Origin: Octopus sinensis
Taxonomy: Eukaryota
Assembly: GCF_006345805.1 (NCBI RefSeq)
Contig: NC_043016.1
Location: forward strand, 27,280,001 to 27,344,000
Length of the DNA: 64,000 nt
Reading direction: 5' to 3'
Shown: one piece after another, positions 39,953-52,696 of the stretch
Numbering within the stretch: position 1 is the first letter of the stretch
Layout: each line of letters starts with the position of its first letter
Program-made: the position numbers and the translations under genes
Notes under the pieces: model-generated
Database searches by the model: none
The model's input: only the letters and a program-made list of their open reading frames with translations
What the model was told of the DNA's origin: nothing

Positions 39953-40600
39953 TAGTTATCGCCATACTAATATGGCATTCTTATAAAAATAAGAAAAAAA
40001 GGTCCGCTTATTAGCTCATGAGGCCATCGCTTAAGTTAGCTATTTGATACACAAACTGTATCCATATAACCTTCGAACAAGGGAGGTCAGTCGCTCCACA
40101 CTACTTGACCGGCAGCTACAGACGCGTTTGGGGTATTGCCCCCTTTTCAATGCAGCGTAGCCAGCCAGTAGGTGTCGCTTCCGACAATCCTGTTCGATGG
40201 TTTTATTTACCTAGTTTCGGGGTGGAATACATCCACTTGTTTTCAATAATAGAAATATTAAAATAACTAAGTCTCTCTAAAAGAGAAACAGCGGCAGCGT
40301 TCCCGGAAAATAATAGTTATCGCCATACTAATATGGCATTCTTATAAAAATAAGAAAAAAGCTGTCCGCTTATTAGCTCCATTAGTGTGGAGCGAACTGA
40401 CCTCCCTTGTTCGAAGGTTATATGGATACAGTTTGTGTATCAAATAGATAACTTAAGGCGATGGCCTCATGGAACTAATAAGCGGACAGCTTTTTCTTAT
40501 TTTTATAAGAATGCCATATTAGTATGGCGATAACTATTATTTCCGGGAACGCTGCCGCTGTTCTCTTTTAGAGAGACTTAGTTATTTTAATATTTCTTAT
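39950..40600. mobile_element. direct + inverted repeat element in (TA)n, family B (hammerhead-like fold with U3-A8 core)
   Basis: 39950-40018 repeated at 40311-40379; 40381-40600 is an inverted copy; motif at 40115-40156 (-). Confidence 0.7.
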
Positions 40601-40604
40601 TATA

Positions 40605-40637
<33 letters not shown>

Positions 40638-40902
40638 AATATATATATTATATATATATATGTGTGTGTGTATAATATATATATATATATATATGAAAAA
40701 ACAAGTCAAGTAGAAAATGCTAAAATAATTTATAAAGAACATTTCTGTACCGGTTTCGGTCATTTTGAGACCTTTTCAACTGTAACGATTAAATAATTAA
40801 ATTTAGAAAAATTAAAAGAAAAGTTTTTTTGAAAGGAATATTTGTATAGTGTTCAAATATAAGTGGCATTCTGCCTTTCTCTGTCTCGTAATATATATAT
40901 AT

Positions 40903-41234
40903 TACGGAGATGTACTTGCATAGCAAGTGACTTGATCTGAGATTGTGTGCTGGAACGAAAACAATTGCAGCATGGAAGGTGTTTATAAGTCATTTAAGAA
41001 ACACACAAAACCGTTAGATTCACTTCAACATTTAAACCTAATTTGTCAAAATATTTTCGTCGCTTTGAGACCGCAACTGTTCACTGACAAAATTTCGTGC
41101 TGCATCAGCTTTGTCAGTGAACAGGTCGCGGTCTCAAAGCGACGAAAATATTTGACAAATTGAATTTAAATGTTGAAGTAAATCTAACGGTTTTGTCTTA
41201 AATGGCTTATAAACACCTTCCACGCTGCAATTGT
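40903..41234. mobile_element. palindromic element family A with motifs on both strands
   Basis: Motifs at 41042-41091 (-) and 41110-41159 (+). Confidence 0.75.
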
Positions 41235-41266
<32 letters not shown>

Positions 41267-42933
41267 TTTGTGTCTGGGGAGATTCATTTTCTTTTTGTGC
41301 CTTATAATGTAACACACTCACCGGTAAAATTTCCACTTATTTCTTATTTTTATTTTCCTAAAATTTTCGTTGCGTCTTGACTCTGTCCGCTATTTACACT
41401 GAGTTCCTTTTTGTTTGTTTGTGAGCATGTGTGTGGGTCAGTGTGTGTATGTGTGTGTGTGTGTGCGCGCCTATGCATGCATGCATATACGTGTATATGT
41501 GTGTATGTATGTATGGATGTGTATGTATGTATATATGTTTGTGTGTGCATCTGTATGTATGTATCCTGTATATTCATGTGCTTGCATGTCCATGTTTGTG
41601 TATTTTCTATGTATGTATGTGTTTGAGCGTGTGTTTTTGTATATGTATGCACCTCTGTCTCCTTGTGTGTGCATGTGTGTGTGTGTGTGTGTGTTATGCA
41701 ACTATGTACCATGTTCGTTTGTGTGTATGGATGTATATCTCTATATGTGTCCTTATGTGGAGTAAAGTGTGTGCGTGTGTATATGGTCATGTGTGTCAGT
41801 CTCCATTTGCGTCTGTGTGCTTGTCTGTTTTTATAACCTATGTACCTATCCGTCTGTAGTTGATCTGTTTATTTCATATCCATATGCTTTTTACGGTGGT
41901 GTGTTACAATATAAGGCACAAAAAGAAAATTACTCTTTCCAGGCACAACAGAATATGCTTCAACACACGAACTCATATAAAAAGAATCTTGCAAACAAAT
42001 CCAAAACGAAATATATATATGCATATTATATATATATATATATATAATATATATATAATATATAATATATATATATATATATTATATTATATGAATGATT
42101 TTATAATCAGAAAATGGATAAAACCTATGATTAGCAAGCAAAAAATTGACCAACATCGGTTGATTTTTTTAAATACAAAAAGGACAACATTTCTTACGGC
42201 CGTTTCCGCCTCCAATGTTAGTCGGTGCGTACGAAAGAAATTCCGAAAATAATATTCATCTTCACAGCACATTCAATCTAGCACATGGAATTTCATCAGA
42301 GTGAGTGCAAATACATAACATAAAATAAAATAAAATAAAATAAACGAAGGGAAGGGGGTCCCTTAGATGGTTATTACAACCGCTAACTCTGCTTACCTAC
42401 GTATATACATATATACTCTTTTATCTCTTTTACTCTTTTACCTGTTTAAGTCACTTGACTGCGGCCATGCTTGAGCACCGCCTTTAGTTGAGCAAATCGA
42501 CCCCAGGACTTATTCTTTATGAGCCTAGTATTAATTCTATCGGCCTATTTTGCCGAACCGCTAAGATACGGGGACGTATACACACCAGCATCGGTTGTCA
42601 AGCGATGCTGGGGGGGGGACAAACACAGACAAAGGTAACCAGTAACAACATAAGGAGGGCCTCCAGCCTTGCCTTGTGGCGCAACACCAACGGGCTTCTT
42701 TCAGTTTCCCTCTACCAAATTCACTCACAAGGCTTTGGTCAACCCGAGGTTATATTAGAAGACGCCCAAGAAAACACGCAGTGGACTACCCGGAACCATG
42801 TGGTTGAGAAGCAAGCTTCTTACCACAAAGCCACTCTTGCACCTACATATACATATACATATACATACATACACATATATATATATATATATATATTATA
42901 TTATATATATATAGATATATATATATTTTATAG

Positions 42934-43011
<78 letters not shown>

Positions 43012-43184
43012 CACTTCTTCAGTTTCGTCTACCAAATCTACAACCAAGACTTTGGTCGTACTCGTAGATTAACCCGGAAAGCAAGTGGTTGAGAAGCAAA
43101 CACCTTACCATATAACCAAGTCTCTCTCTCTCGACTGTGAATATAATATATATATATATTCACAGTCGAGAGAGAGAGACTTGG

Positions 43185-43246
<62 letters not shown>

Positions 43247-43400
43247 CCAAGTCTCTCTCTCTCGACTGTGAATATATATATATATATGAGAGAGAGAGAC
43301 TTGGTATATATAATGATTTGATTTTGATTTTGATTTTTCCAGTTTCAGCTAATGAGCTGTGGCCATATATTAATATATATATATATATATATATAATATC

Positions 43401-43473
<73 letters not shown>

Positions 43474-43694
43474 CTATATATATATTATTAGTGAATTGAA
43501 GAAATGGAGTTGAACTCCATTTCTTCAATTCACTAATATATTAAAATTCAATTATCCGCACCAACGCACGGTTGCAACACCATATGGTTGTACCTCCAAC
43601 CGTGCCGTCTTCTGCTGTGATTTTTGCTACCAAGGTATCGGTTTAAAACTTTTGATTAATTTGCCAACAAGATTATTCATCTTTCTATTTCACA

Positions 43695-43764
43695 ATAATA
43701 TTATATATAATATATATATGTATATATATATATATATTATATATATAATATATATTATATATAC

Positions 43765-43827
<63 letters not shown>

Positions 43828-43839
43828 CATATATATATA

Positions 43840-43879
<40 letters not shown>

Positions 43880-43880
43880 C

Positions 43881-43956
<76 letters not shown>

Positions 43957-44009
43957 CATATACATATATATATACATATATATAATATATATATATATAC
44001 AGATATATA

Positions 44010-44061
<52 letters not shown>

Positions 44062-44152
44062 CATATATATATATATATATATATAATATGTATATATATA
44101 TATGTATATGTATATATATATATGTATAGATATATATATATATATATATATA

Positions 44153-44239
<87 letters not shown>

Positions 44240-44257
44240 TATATACATATATATATA
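43695..44257. repeat. long imperfect (TA)n
   Basis: Visible directly. Confidence 0.97.
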
Positions 44258-44744
44258 AGCCGTGGTAGTATGTATGCATTCCTTTGATGCTTAATACTGT
44301 GTAAAAACATTGGTTCGCATTTTGGCAGAAGGCAAGCAATTTCTGCAGGAGGAGTATGTCCATTACATTATTTATAAGGATGACAGTCAGTATCGACCTC
44401 AGCAGAATTTGAACGCAGAACGGAAGGCGGACGACATGTCAAGCGTTTTGCCCGGCGCGCTTAACGATTCTGCCTGCTCACAGACAGCCTTTACTGTTAA
44501 ACACGTATTAGCAGCGAATTAGTATAGCTCCAGTTCTATGGAGCTTATTAGCTTTCACATATATAGAAACAGATTGACTGCTTATTCATTCCGGGGATTG
44601 GCTGAATGACAAAGACACTTTTGATGCGACTCCAAAAATAGATTTTTAAATTGATAAAGGTGGTTCGTAACTTTTCAATCTACGGAGAAATAGGTCAATT
44701 TGACATGTTTATATGTTACTACGCAGGTTTACATATAATATGCG

Positions 44745-45255
44745 CATACACATGTATGTATGTATGAATGTATGCATGTATGTATGTTATGTATGCATGC
44801 ATACGTGCGTACGTATACATACATGCATGTATACATACATACATACATACATACATACATACATACATGCATGCATGTATACATACATACATACATACAT
44901 ACATACATACATACATACATGCATGCATGCATGCATGTATACATACATACATACATACATACATACATACATACATGCATGTATACATACATACATACAT
45001 GCATGTATACATACATACATACATACATACATACATGCATGTATACATACATACATACATACATACATACATACATACATGCATGTATGCATACATACAT
45101 ACATACATACATACATACATACATGCATGTATACATACATACATACATACATACATACATACATACATAATACATACATACATATACATATATGTGTGTA
45201 TGTAATGTGTGCGCGCGCGTTTGTATACATATATATGTGTGTGTGTGTGTGTGTA
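44745..45255. repeat. (ACAT)n/(GCAT) microsatellite
   Basis: Visible directly. Confidence 0.97.
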
Positions 45256-45299
45256 TAGGCTATATCAAATCTCTGAGCGAGATGTAAACAGTAGCAATA

Positions 45300-46890
45300 T
45301 TAGTGTTTGGGAACTGGGATGTCACAACTCTTACGAGTAAAGAACAGAAACTAGTGGAGGAAGCCAAACACTACTGGCTAGATATAGTCGGTATCTCTTC
45401 TCTCTATATATAAACGGCAGTTTGTCTGTGTGTGTTTCTGTGTGTCTGTTAGGTTGTACCCTCCCTGACCACGGCTTTCAACCGATTCTGATGAAACTTG
45501 ACACAACATAGCCCAATGTCATAATTCAAAACTAACGCAGCGAAAATTTTGAAAAGTTCCCCAGTTCTGAAAAAAATCGATAAATTCGACATGGGGTCAA
45601 CAATCAGAAACACAAACAACACGACTGTCTAGGGGACGCAACTCGACCTTTTTAACTACAAAAAAATTTACCATAATTTTTTTCCCTTTTTTGGCTATAA
45701 CTCTCTAAAAATGCTTATAGTTATTTCCCTTACAAACCCGAGCAACGCCGGGCGATACTGCTACTTTTCTCTAAAAGGATCCGAGGTTCTGGTACTGCAA
45801 ATTCGACGGAGGGTGGAAGCTTCACTATTCAGGTGTGGTGCCAACTATGTTTGCACAGGTGGGAGTGGGGATATTCACAAGACCTCAACTATCGGATTGT
45901 GTTATGGAGTGGATCCCACTAGGCGAGAGGGTTTGTCTCCTGAAGCTTAGGCTTAAAGGCCCGCTGTAGCAGTTGCAAGTATATGCACCTAAAGCGAGGC
46001 CAATATAAACACTTCTTTGAAAATGTGACTGCAGCTTTAGATGTTGATAAGACTGAGCCATTTGTCCTACAAGGAGACTTCAATCATGTTGGCACCGATG
46101 GATGACCAGACTCGTTGCAAATGGAGAGGCCTTAATAGACTTCTGGGCGGAAAATGGGTACTCCATTTTTGAGCACATTTTTCGAGCACAGATATCCATA
46201 AGAGGTCACTGATCGATTTTCCTATCGTCTCTTTGATTTTGTATTTGATGTTCCGGTAAAGAGAGGGTGGGGTGGGAAACTATCAACTGACACTACGTAG
46301 ATGAGACTACAACCAGGAGAGCTCACAAAACTGATAAGTCGGCTTACAGGATAACGTGGCGAATAGTGGTTTCCGGAAAAAATATGCAAACACTATTGCA
46401 TCCAAATTCGGAGACTTTCCTGAACAAACTGATTATATCGAAATTGAGTGGAGATTGTTTAGTTTGGCAGTTTATTCTTCGGCTGTAAAATGCTATGGAT
46501 GAAAGCCGTTTGGTGTGGAGTCAAGTGGTAAAAGAACCCCCTACTTTAACCAGAAAGTTTAAAACGCCATCTGAGCAAAGAAGCTTACAAGGTTTGACTT
46601 AGAAACAAGTTTACCCTTTTGCGCAGTCGGTACACTGAAGCGCGAAATCTTGTAGCAGAAACTAAAAACATCTAAAATATGTTATGGGAGGACTTTGGAG
46701 TCAAGCTGGACTCTGACTTGAGATTGGCCAATAAAGTATTCGGGCAGATCATCCGCCGACTTCGTAACAAGAAGCCCTCTTCTACACTTCCCATTAAGAA
46801 TTCGGTGGGGTATTCTTTTCTCTGCAGAGATGAGCATCCTTGGGAGGTGGAGGGAACACTTTGCTGGTCTCCTGAATCTTGTAACGATAA
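45300..46890 (+). mobile_element. decayed RTE LINE, APE endonuclease region
   Basis: GNWDVTTLTSKEQKLVEEAKHYWLDIVGISS, GWKLHYSGV, LQGDFN, SLIDF, ILGRWREHFAGLLN. Confidence 0.75.
45401..45764 (+). mobile_element. non-autonomous Helitron inserted in RTE
   Basis: 5' tctctatatataaa; 3' end shared with 8598-8988 (cccgagcaacgccgggcgatactgcta). Confidence 0.75.
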
Positions 46891-47052
46891 AATTTTCTGG
46901 TATCTATCTATCTATCTATTTACCTACCTACCAGCCTACCTACCTAACTACCCACCTGCCTACCTACCTACCTAACTATCTACCTACCTACCTACCGACC
47001 TACCTATCTACCTACCTACCTACCTACCTACCTACCTACCTACCTATCAAAA

Positions 47053-47098
<46 letters not shown>

Positions 47099-47102
<4 letters not shown>

Positions 47103-47342
47103 GAGGCGCATGGCTTAGTGGTTAGGGTGTCAGCATCATGATCGTAAAGTTGTGGTTTCGATTCTTGGACGCGTGTGTTCTTGAGCAAAAAACACTTCAT
47201 TTCACGTTGCTCCAGTCCACTCATCTGGCAAAAATGAGTAACGCTGCGATGGACTGGCGTCTCATCCAGCTGGGGAGCACATACGCCATTGAAACGGGAA
47301 ATCCGGGCCATGAGCCTGGGTAGGCTTTAAAAGGGCGCATTT
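47099..47342 (+). mobile_element. tRNA-derived SINE (sister copy at about 59258-59508)
   Basis: tggcttagtgg A box, gtttcgattc B box; shared body and tail. Confidence 0.8.
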
Positions 47343-47360
47343 ATGTATATGTATATATAT

Positions 47361-47397
<37 letters not shown>

Positions 47398-47466
47398 CTA
47401 TATAATATATATATATATATATAATATATATATATATATATCATATATATATATATATATACATAC

Positions 47467-47757
47467 AATTGCAGCGTGGAAGGTGTTTGTAAGCCATTTA
47501 AGAAACACACAAAAGCCGTTCGATTCACTTCAACATTTAAGTTTAATTTGTCAAAATATTTTCGTCGCTAAAATCCGCGACCTGTTCACTGACAAAAATC
47601 CGTGCTGCTGCATCTAAGATTAAACTTAAATATTGAAGTGAATCGAACGGCTTTTGTGTGTTTCTTAAATGGCTTACAAACACCTTCCACGCTGCAATTG
47701 TTTTCGTTTCAGCACACGATCTCAGATCAAATCACTTGCTATGCGATTACATCTACG
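47467..47757. mobile_element. palindromic element family A
   Basis: Motif at 47547-47596 (-); stem II loop differs but stem is kept. Confidence 0.75.
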
Positions 47758-47759
47758 TA

Positions 47760-47801
<42 letters not shown>

Positions 47802-47807
47802 ACGACA

Positions 47808-48106
47808 CTACGTGACCGACCAGGCCATCAGATGTTGTTACACATCGCTGGTCACAATACGTTCGCATTGTTTTAGCCTTCGAATGACGCCACCCCCCCG
47901 CTGGCTAAGCGAGCAGGCCAATAGAAGAAGAGCGAGTGAAGAGTGGTGAAAGAGTGGTGAAAGAGTACAGCAGGGATCACCACCTCCTGTCGGGGCCTCG
48001 TGGAGCTTTAAGGTGTTTTCGCTCAATAAACACTCACAACGTCCGGTATGGGAATCGAAACCGCGATCCTACGCCGCGAGTCCGCTGCCCTAACCATTGC
48101 GCCTCC
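47808..48106 (-). mobile_element. tRNA-derived SINE sharing its head with 4085-4467
   Basis: ggaggcgcaatgg..ttagggcagcggactcgcgg..ggatcgcggtttcgattccc. Confidence 0.75.
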
Positions 48107-48212
48107 TCCTGAGCGTCAATAATACTTTAATTGTTCCACGTCCTGCGTTGCTGTGTTTTTTTCTCTTTTTTCTCTTTTTTTTCTCTTTTTTTCTGTGTTT
48201 TCTTGTTTGGAT

Positions 48213-48254
<42 letters not shown>

Positions 48255-48499
48255 GTGTGTGTGTGTGTATATGTATGTATTTGTTATTACTATTATTACT
48301 GTTATATTCATCGTTATCATTGCTGTTGTCTCCAACATCATTATCATTTGTGCTTACTACACTCACGTCATTATTTACATCGTCTATATTAAGGTTGATA
48401 TTATTACTTATATTAGAATCATTTGGAATACCTTGATTATAATTATCCCTATGTGAGGGGCCCACGTTATCTTAGACTATATTTTCAGTATTTCTGATT

Positions 48500-50131
48500 A
48501 CTTGATTCAGTTTCCGAATATGTTATTTCAGGTTATATGACGTTGCAATGGACAACTTCATCGTAAGCCTATTAATAATTTTGAAGTATCTTCTAGATTT
48601 AGGGGAATGCCTATCTAATGTGGAGAGAAATTCCCTTGCAATTTTAGATGATACATGTAATCCGAATAGCGGATTATACCACAAAATACTGCCTTTTTTA
48701 GACTTGTTATCCTGTTTAGAGAAATGTTCATATTACATGATAGAGTCTTGAAGATAGTTCTTGTTTTCCGTAGACTTTCATGTGCTGTGTGTGCTAATGT
48801 ATTGTCCTGCAAAAACAGGATACCACGGTGTTTCTGCTTCAAATGCATGTAGTATTCTGCGTTGCTGGTGCGACCCTTCTGCAGGTACTTTATGAGGAGT
48901 ATTCCGTCTTTGTCCCAGAACACCGGAGCCAAAATCTTTCCAGTTAACTTCAGGGTACGAAACTTCTTGGGACGCGATGAACCGCTGTGGAACCACTCCA
49001 TTGATTGCTGCTTCGTTTGTGAATCATGATGACTAAACGAGCCATGAAATCATCTTCTCCTGCTACACAAACCGGTCCAAAATTGCCTTTGATGTTGTCA
49101 CTGATGCGCCCCTGATCTACGTTCAGGCATTTCGGCACCCATTTTGTGGAAAGCTTTCTTATGTTGTGGATGATATGGCCAACTCTTTCACGGAAAATCT
49201 CCAGGGTCTCAGCTATGACTTCAGCTGAAATCCTCGTATAGCATAGCTATTCTTGACCATGACTTGCTGCCTCTTGCCGAGTAGAATGTATTCGAAAACA
49301 AGAGATCATAGACAGATCTGAAGGAAAAACTTATTCTAAGAAATGCCATATGTCACAATTCATTCTAGCTATGACACTTCTGGAGTGCACCTTCTCCCTC
49401 GTCCACTGTACTGCCGTCCGAGTTCTTATTAGTATCCTCTTCCTTTTTCACCTTCTGTAAAATCAGGTCTTTCCTCATTTTCTCCTGGCCTCTGACCACC
49501 ATTTACTTTTTATTACACCCAATCCTTAATAATTAGCCTGGGTGTATGGTTAATGTAAAGTTGCAGCTCTCCGGGGTCCTAAAAGAGTAGTTATTTAGCC
49601 TGGCCTTTAAAATAGGCCCTCTGTCTCACCATCATATTTCTGTTTGCGTGTGTCCTTTCTTTCTGCTGCAACTGTTGGACACCACGGCTTCAGTGTTGCA
49701 TCGACTATTCACATCGCTCACGGCTAATTCCATATCAGCATTCTTCCTCTGTGTGGGATTTGGGATTTGGGTCCTCGAGAATTATGATGCGCCCAACGTC
49801 GGCTTTGTCCTCTGTGGTCGCGGAAATTGATCGTCTCAACTGAGACTCATCTGTGACCTCGAAATGACCAGTCGGAAATCTTGGCACCCAGATTTACACT
49901 GTGACGTAAGCTGGGCAGCCATCCTTCAAAACTTTCTTCGTCTCCCCATAGACTTCTGCAGCCCCTTTGCTTTGTAAAATGAGGAACTTCAAGGGCGCCT
50001 GAGTTTCAATTTCATGATTTTTTTGCATATCTTCTCCTAAATAGTTATCCTACCTCCCAAGTAAAGATAACAGCGCTAAGCCTTTCGCGATACCCTTAAA
50101 ACCAGAAACTTTTCAGCACCCACCCCTCGTA
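48500..50131 (-). mobile_element. mariner remnant interrupted by HERO-like LINE fragment (49232-50095)
   Basis: MEWFHSGSSRPKKF, VFWDKDGILLIKYL, FLQDN; TIR-like tacgagggg..gctgaaaagtttctgg at about 50102-50131. Confidence 0.75.
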
Positions 50132-50345
50132 TACATACGCGCATGCGCGTGCACACACACACACTCACACACACACATTCTTGTTCTTTTATTTGTTTCA
50201 GTCATTTGATTACGGCCATGCAGGAGCATGGCCTTTAGTTGAACAAATCGACCCCGCTATCGGTTTTTTTTCTTTTTGCTAAACCGTTAAGTTACTGGAA
50301 CGTGAACACACCACCATCGGTTGTCAAGCGATGGTAGGGACACAG

Positions 50346-50402
<57 letters not shown>

Positions 50403-50791
50403 CATGACGGGCATCTTCCATTTCCGTCCACAAATTACACTCACAAGACTTTGGTCGACTCGCGGCTTTAGTAGAAGACACTTGCCCAAGGTTCCACGCA
50501 TTGGTACTGAACCCGGAACCATGTAGTTGGGAAGCAATCTTCTTACCACACAGCCACGCCTGCGCCTATATATATACTTTTATGTATTCGAGCAATATTT
50601 CTTTGGTTATGGCACATAATCAGTTAGAAAGTTTCCATTTGTTTTGTATCAACTATTGCATTGGATAATTCAGATGAATTATCAGTCCAGAAGCACATAG
50701 ACTTTTTAGTGCTAGAGGTATATATACAGTCTTGGTCAGTTTACTGATGAAAATAGAAAAAAATTATCTTTGTGAAAGGGAAAGTGTTGCT

Positions 50792-51720
50792 TCCCAAATC
50801 CCACACAGAGGAAGAATGCTGATATTGAATTAGCCGTGAGCGATGTGAATAGTCGATGCAACACTGAAGCCGTGGTGTCCAACAGTAGCAGCAGAAAGAC
50901 AGGACACACGCAAACAGAAATATGATGGTGCGACAGAGGGCCTATTTTAAAGGCCAGGCTAAATAACTACTCTTTTAGGACCCCGGAGAGCTGCAACTTT
51001 ACATTAACTATACACTCAGGCTAATTATTAAGGATTGGGTGTAATAAAAAGTAAATGGTGGTCAGAGGCCAGGAGAAAATGAGGAAAGACCTGATTTTAC
51101 AGAAGGTGAAAAAGGAAGAGGATACTAATAAGAACTCGGACGGCAGTACAGTGGACGAGGGAGAAGGTGCACTCCAGAAGTGTCATAGCTAGAATGAATT
51201 GTGGCATATGGCATTTCTTAGAATAAGTTTTTCCTTCAGATCTGTCTATGATCTCTTGTTTTCGAATACATTCTACTCGGCAAGAGGCAGCAAGTCATGG
51301 TCAAGAATAGCTATGCTATACGAGGCACGGAAATGGAGTCTTCTGGGTGGTGCGAGTGGTTGGGAGTGCTCAGCACACCTTTCAGGATCAATAACACAAC
51401 CAGAAATCATCAGGACGAGTGGTTTGAGGCTGGGTATCGGACTCCATTCCAGTCCATCAAAGCAACTAATTGTGATTGAGCTCACCATGTCGTTTGAAAA
51501 CAGAAGTACAGGTACTCAAGACCAAAAAATATATCAGTCTGGTCAACAGCCTGTGGAATGCCAACTTCCAAGTCAAGGTTCTCGTCATAGAGGTTGGAGC
51601 CAGAGGTTTTGTGAGTAAAACTTTCAGTCTCTGCAAATCAGCTGGATCTGGTCGAGGAGGACTAAAGACAACTACCTTGTTTGAAGGCAATATTTTGGTA
51701 TTTTAACGCTAAGGGAGTCA
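50792..51720 (+). mobile_element. HERO-like RLE non-LTR retrotransposon 3' fragment
   Basis: LWHM..LRISF..RSVYDLL, SKQLIVIELTMSFE, VIEVGARGFV. Confidence 0.7.
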
Positions 51721-52696
51721 TTGTGAAAGCGTTGACGTTTCCCGCTATCATGACAGCCAACGTTATTTCTTCTTAAAGTATAGGTTTGAAAGCTGAGTCA
51801 CCGTGGAAGATGTACAACTAGATGAATTTTTTAAATATCTCTGATATCCAAGTAGCTAAAAAGTGTCAGCAGAAGGGCATTCATAAGTCATGACTTGGAT
51901 ACGGCTCGGATCCCTTTCTGTGTAAGTAGTTAAGTGCCGAAATACTTGCTTCTCTGGAGACCTGCTTTTCAGCTCTCTTGGGAGTTTCTTACCACCGATT
52001 AAAAGAGAAGAAAACGCTATATAAAATTAACTGGTAGCTACTGGAACAACCTTGGGCATACCTCAACGGAAGTAAGATATGCAAGCATTCCTTACTTGGA
52101 AAGACAATGATCCTACAAAAATTCGCATGATCAAGGCACTTTCTTAAATTCCAAAAGTGAAATTTCCTAGACATTGCCCTCATAACAGAAAATTCATTTT
52201 GAAAACGCGATCTTCCCCGCTTGCGGACTAGAGAACGAGAAAAGAATGTATGCAAACACAGCTGAACCACTTCGGCCACAGAGGGAACCGTACAAGAGGA
52301 GGCAACTCTTCTTTCCCTTTCGGGTATTTTCCACCGACAAAGACAGTGTATATACTTCTATCAGCAAAGAGGCAATGTACTTCCGGCTAGCATCTCTGAT
52401 CAGTCGTTTGTATTGTCTGTGCAATAGTAGACATGAAACCAATGGTAACTTCCTGATTGATTATATGCCATAATCAAGGATATGCTACTCGAACACATAA
52501 AAGTATATCGGCTCAAAATTTCTTTTACAGTGTATTTTTTTCCTGATCTGTCTATCGATTTATGTATGTATGTATGTATGTATGTATGTATGTGTGTTTG
52601 TGTGTGTGTGTGTGTGTGTGGTGGTGTGTGTGGTATGTATGGATGGATGGATGGATGGATGGATGCACGTACGTTGTGTACATACATATTATATCT

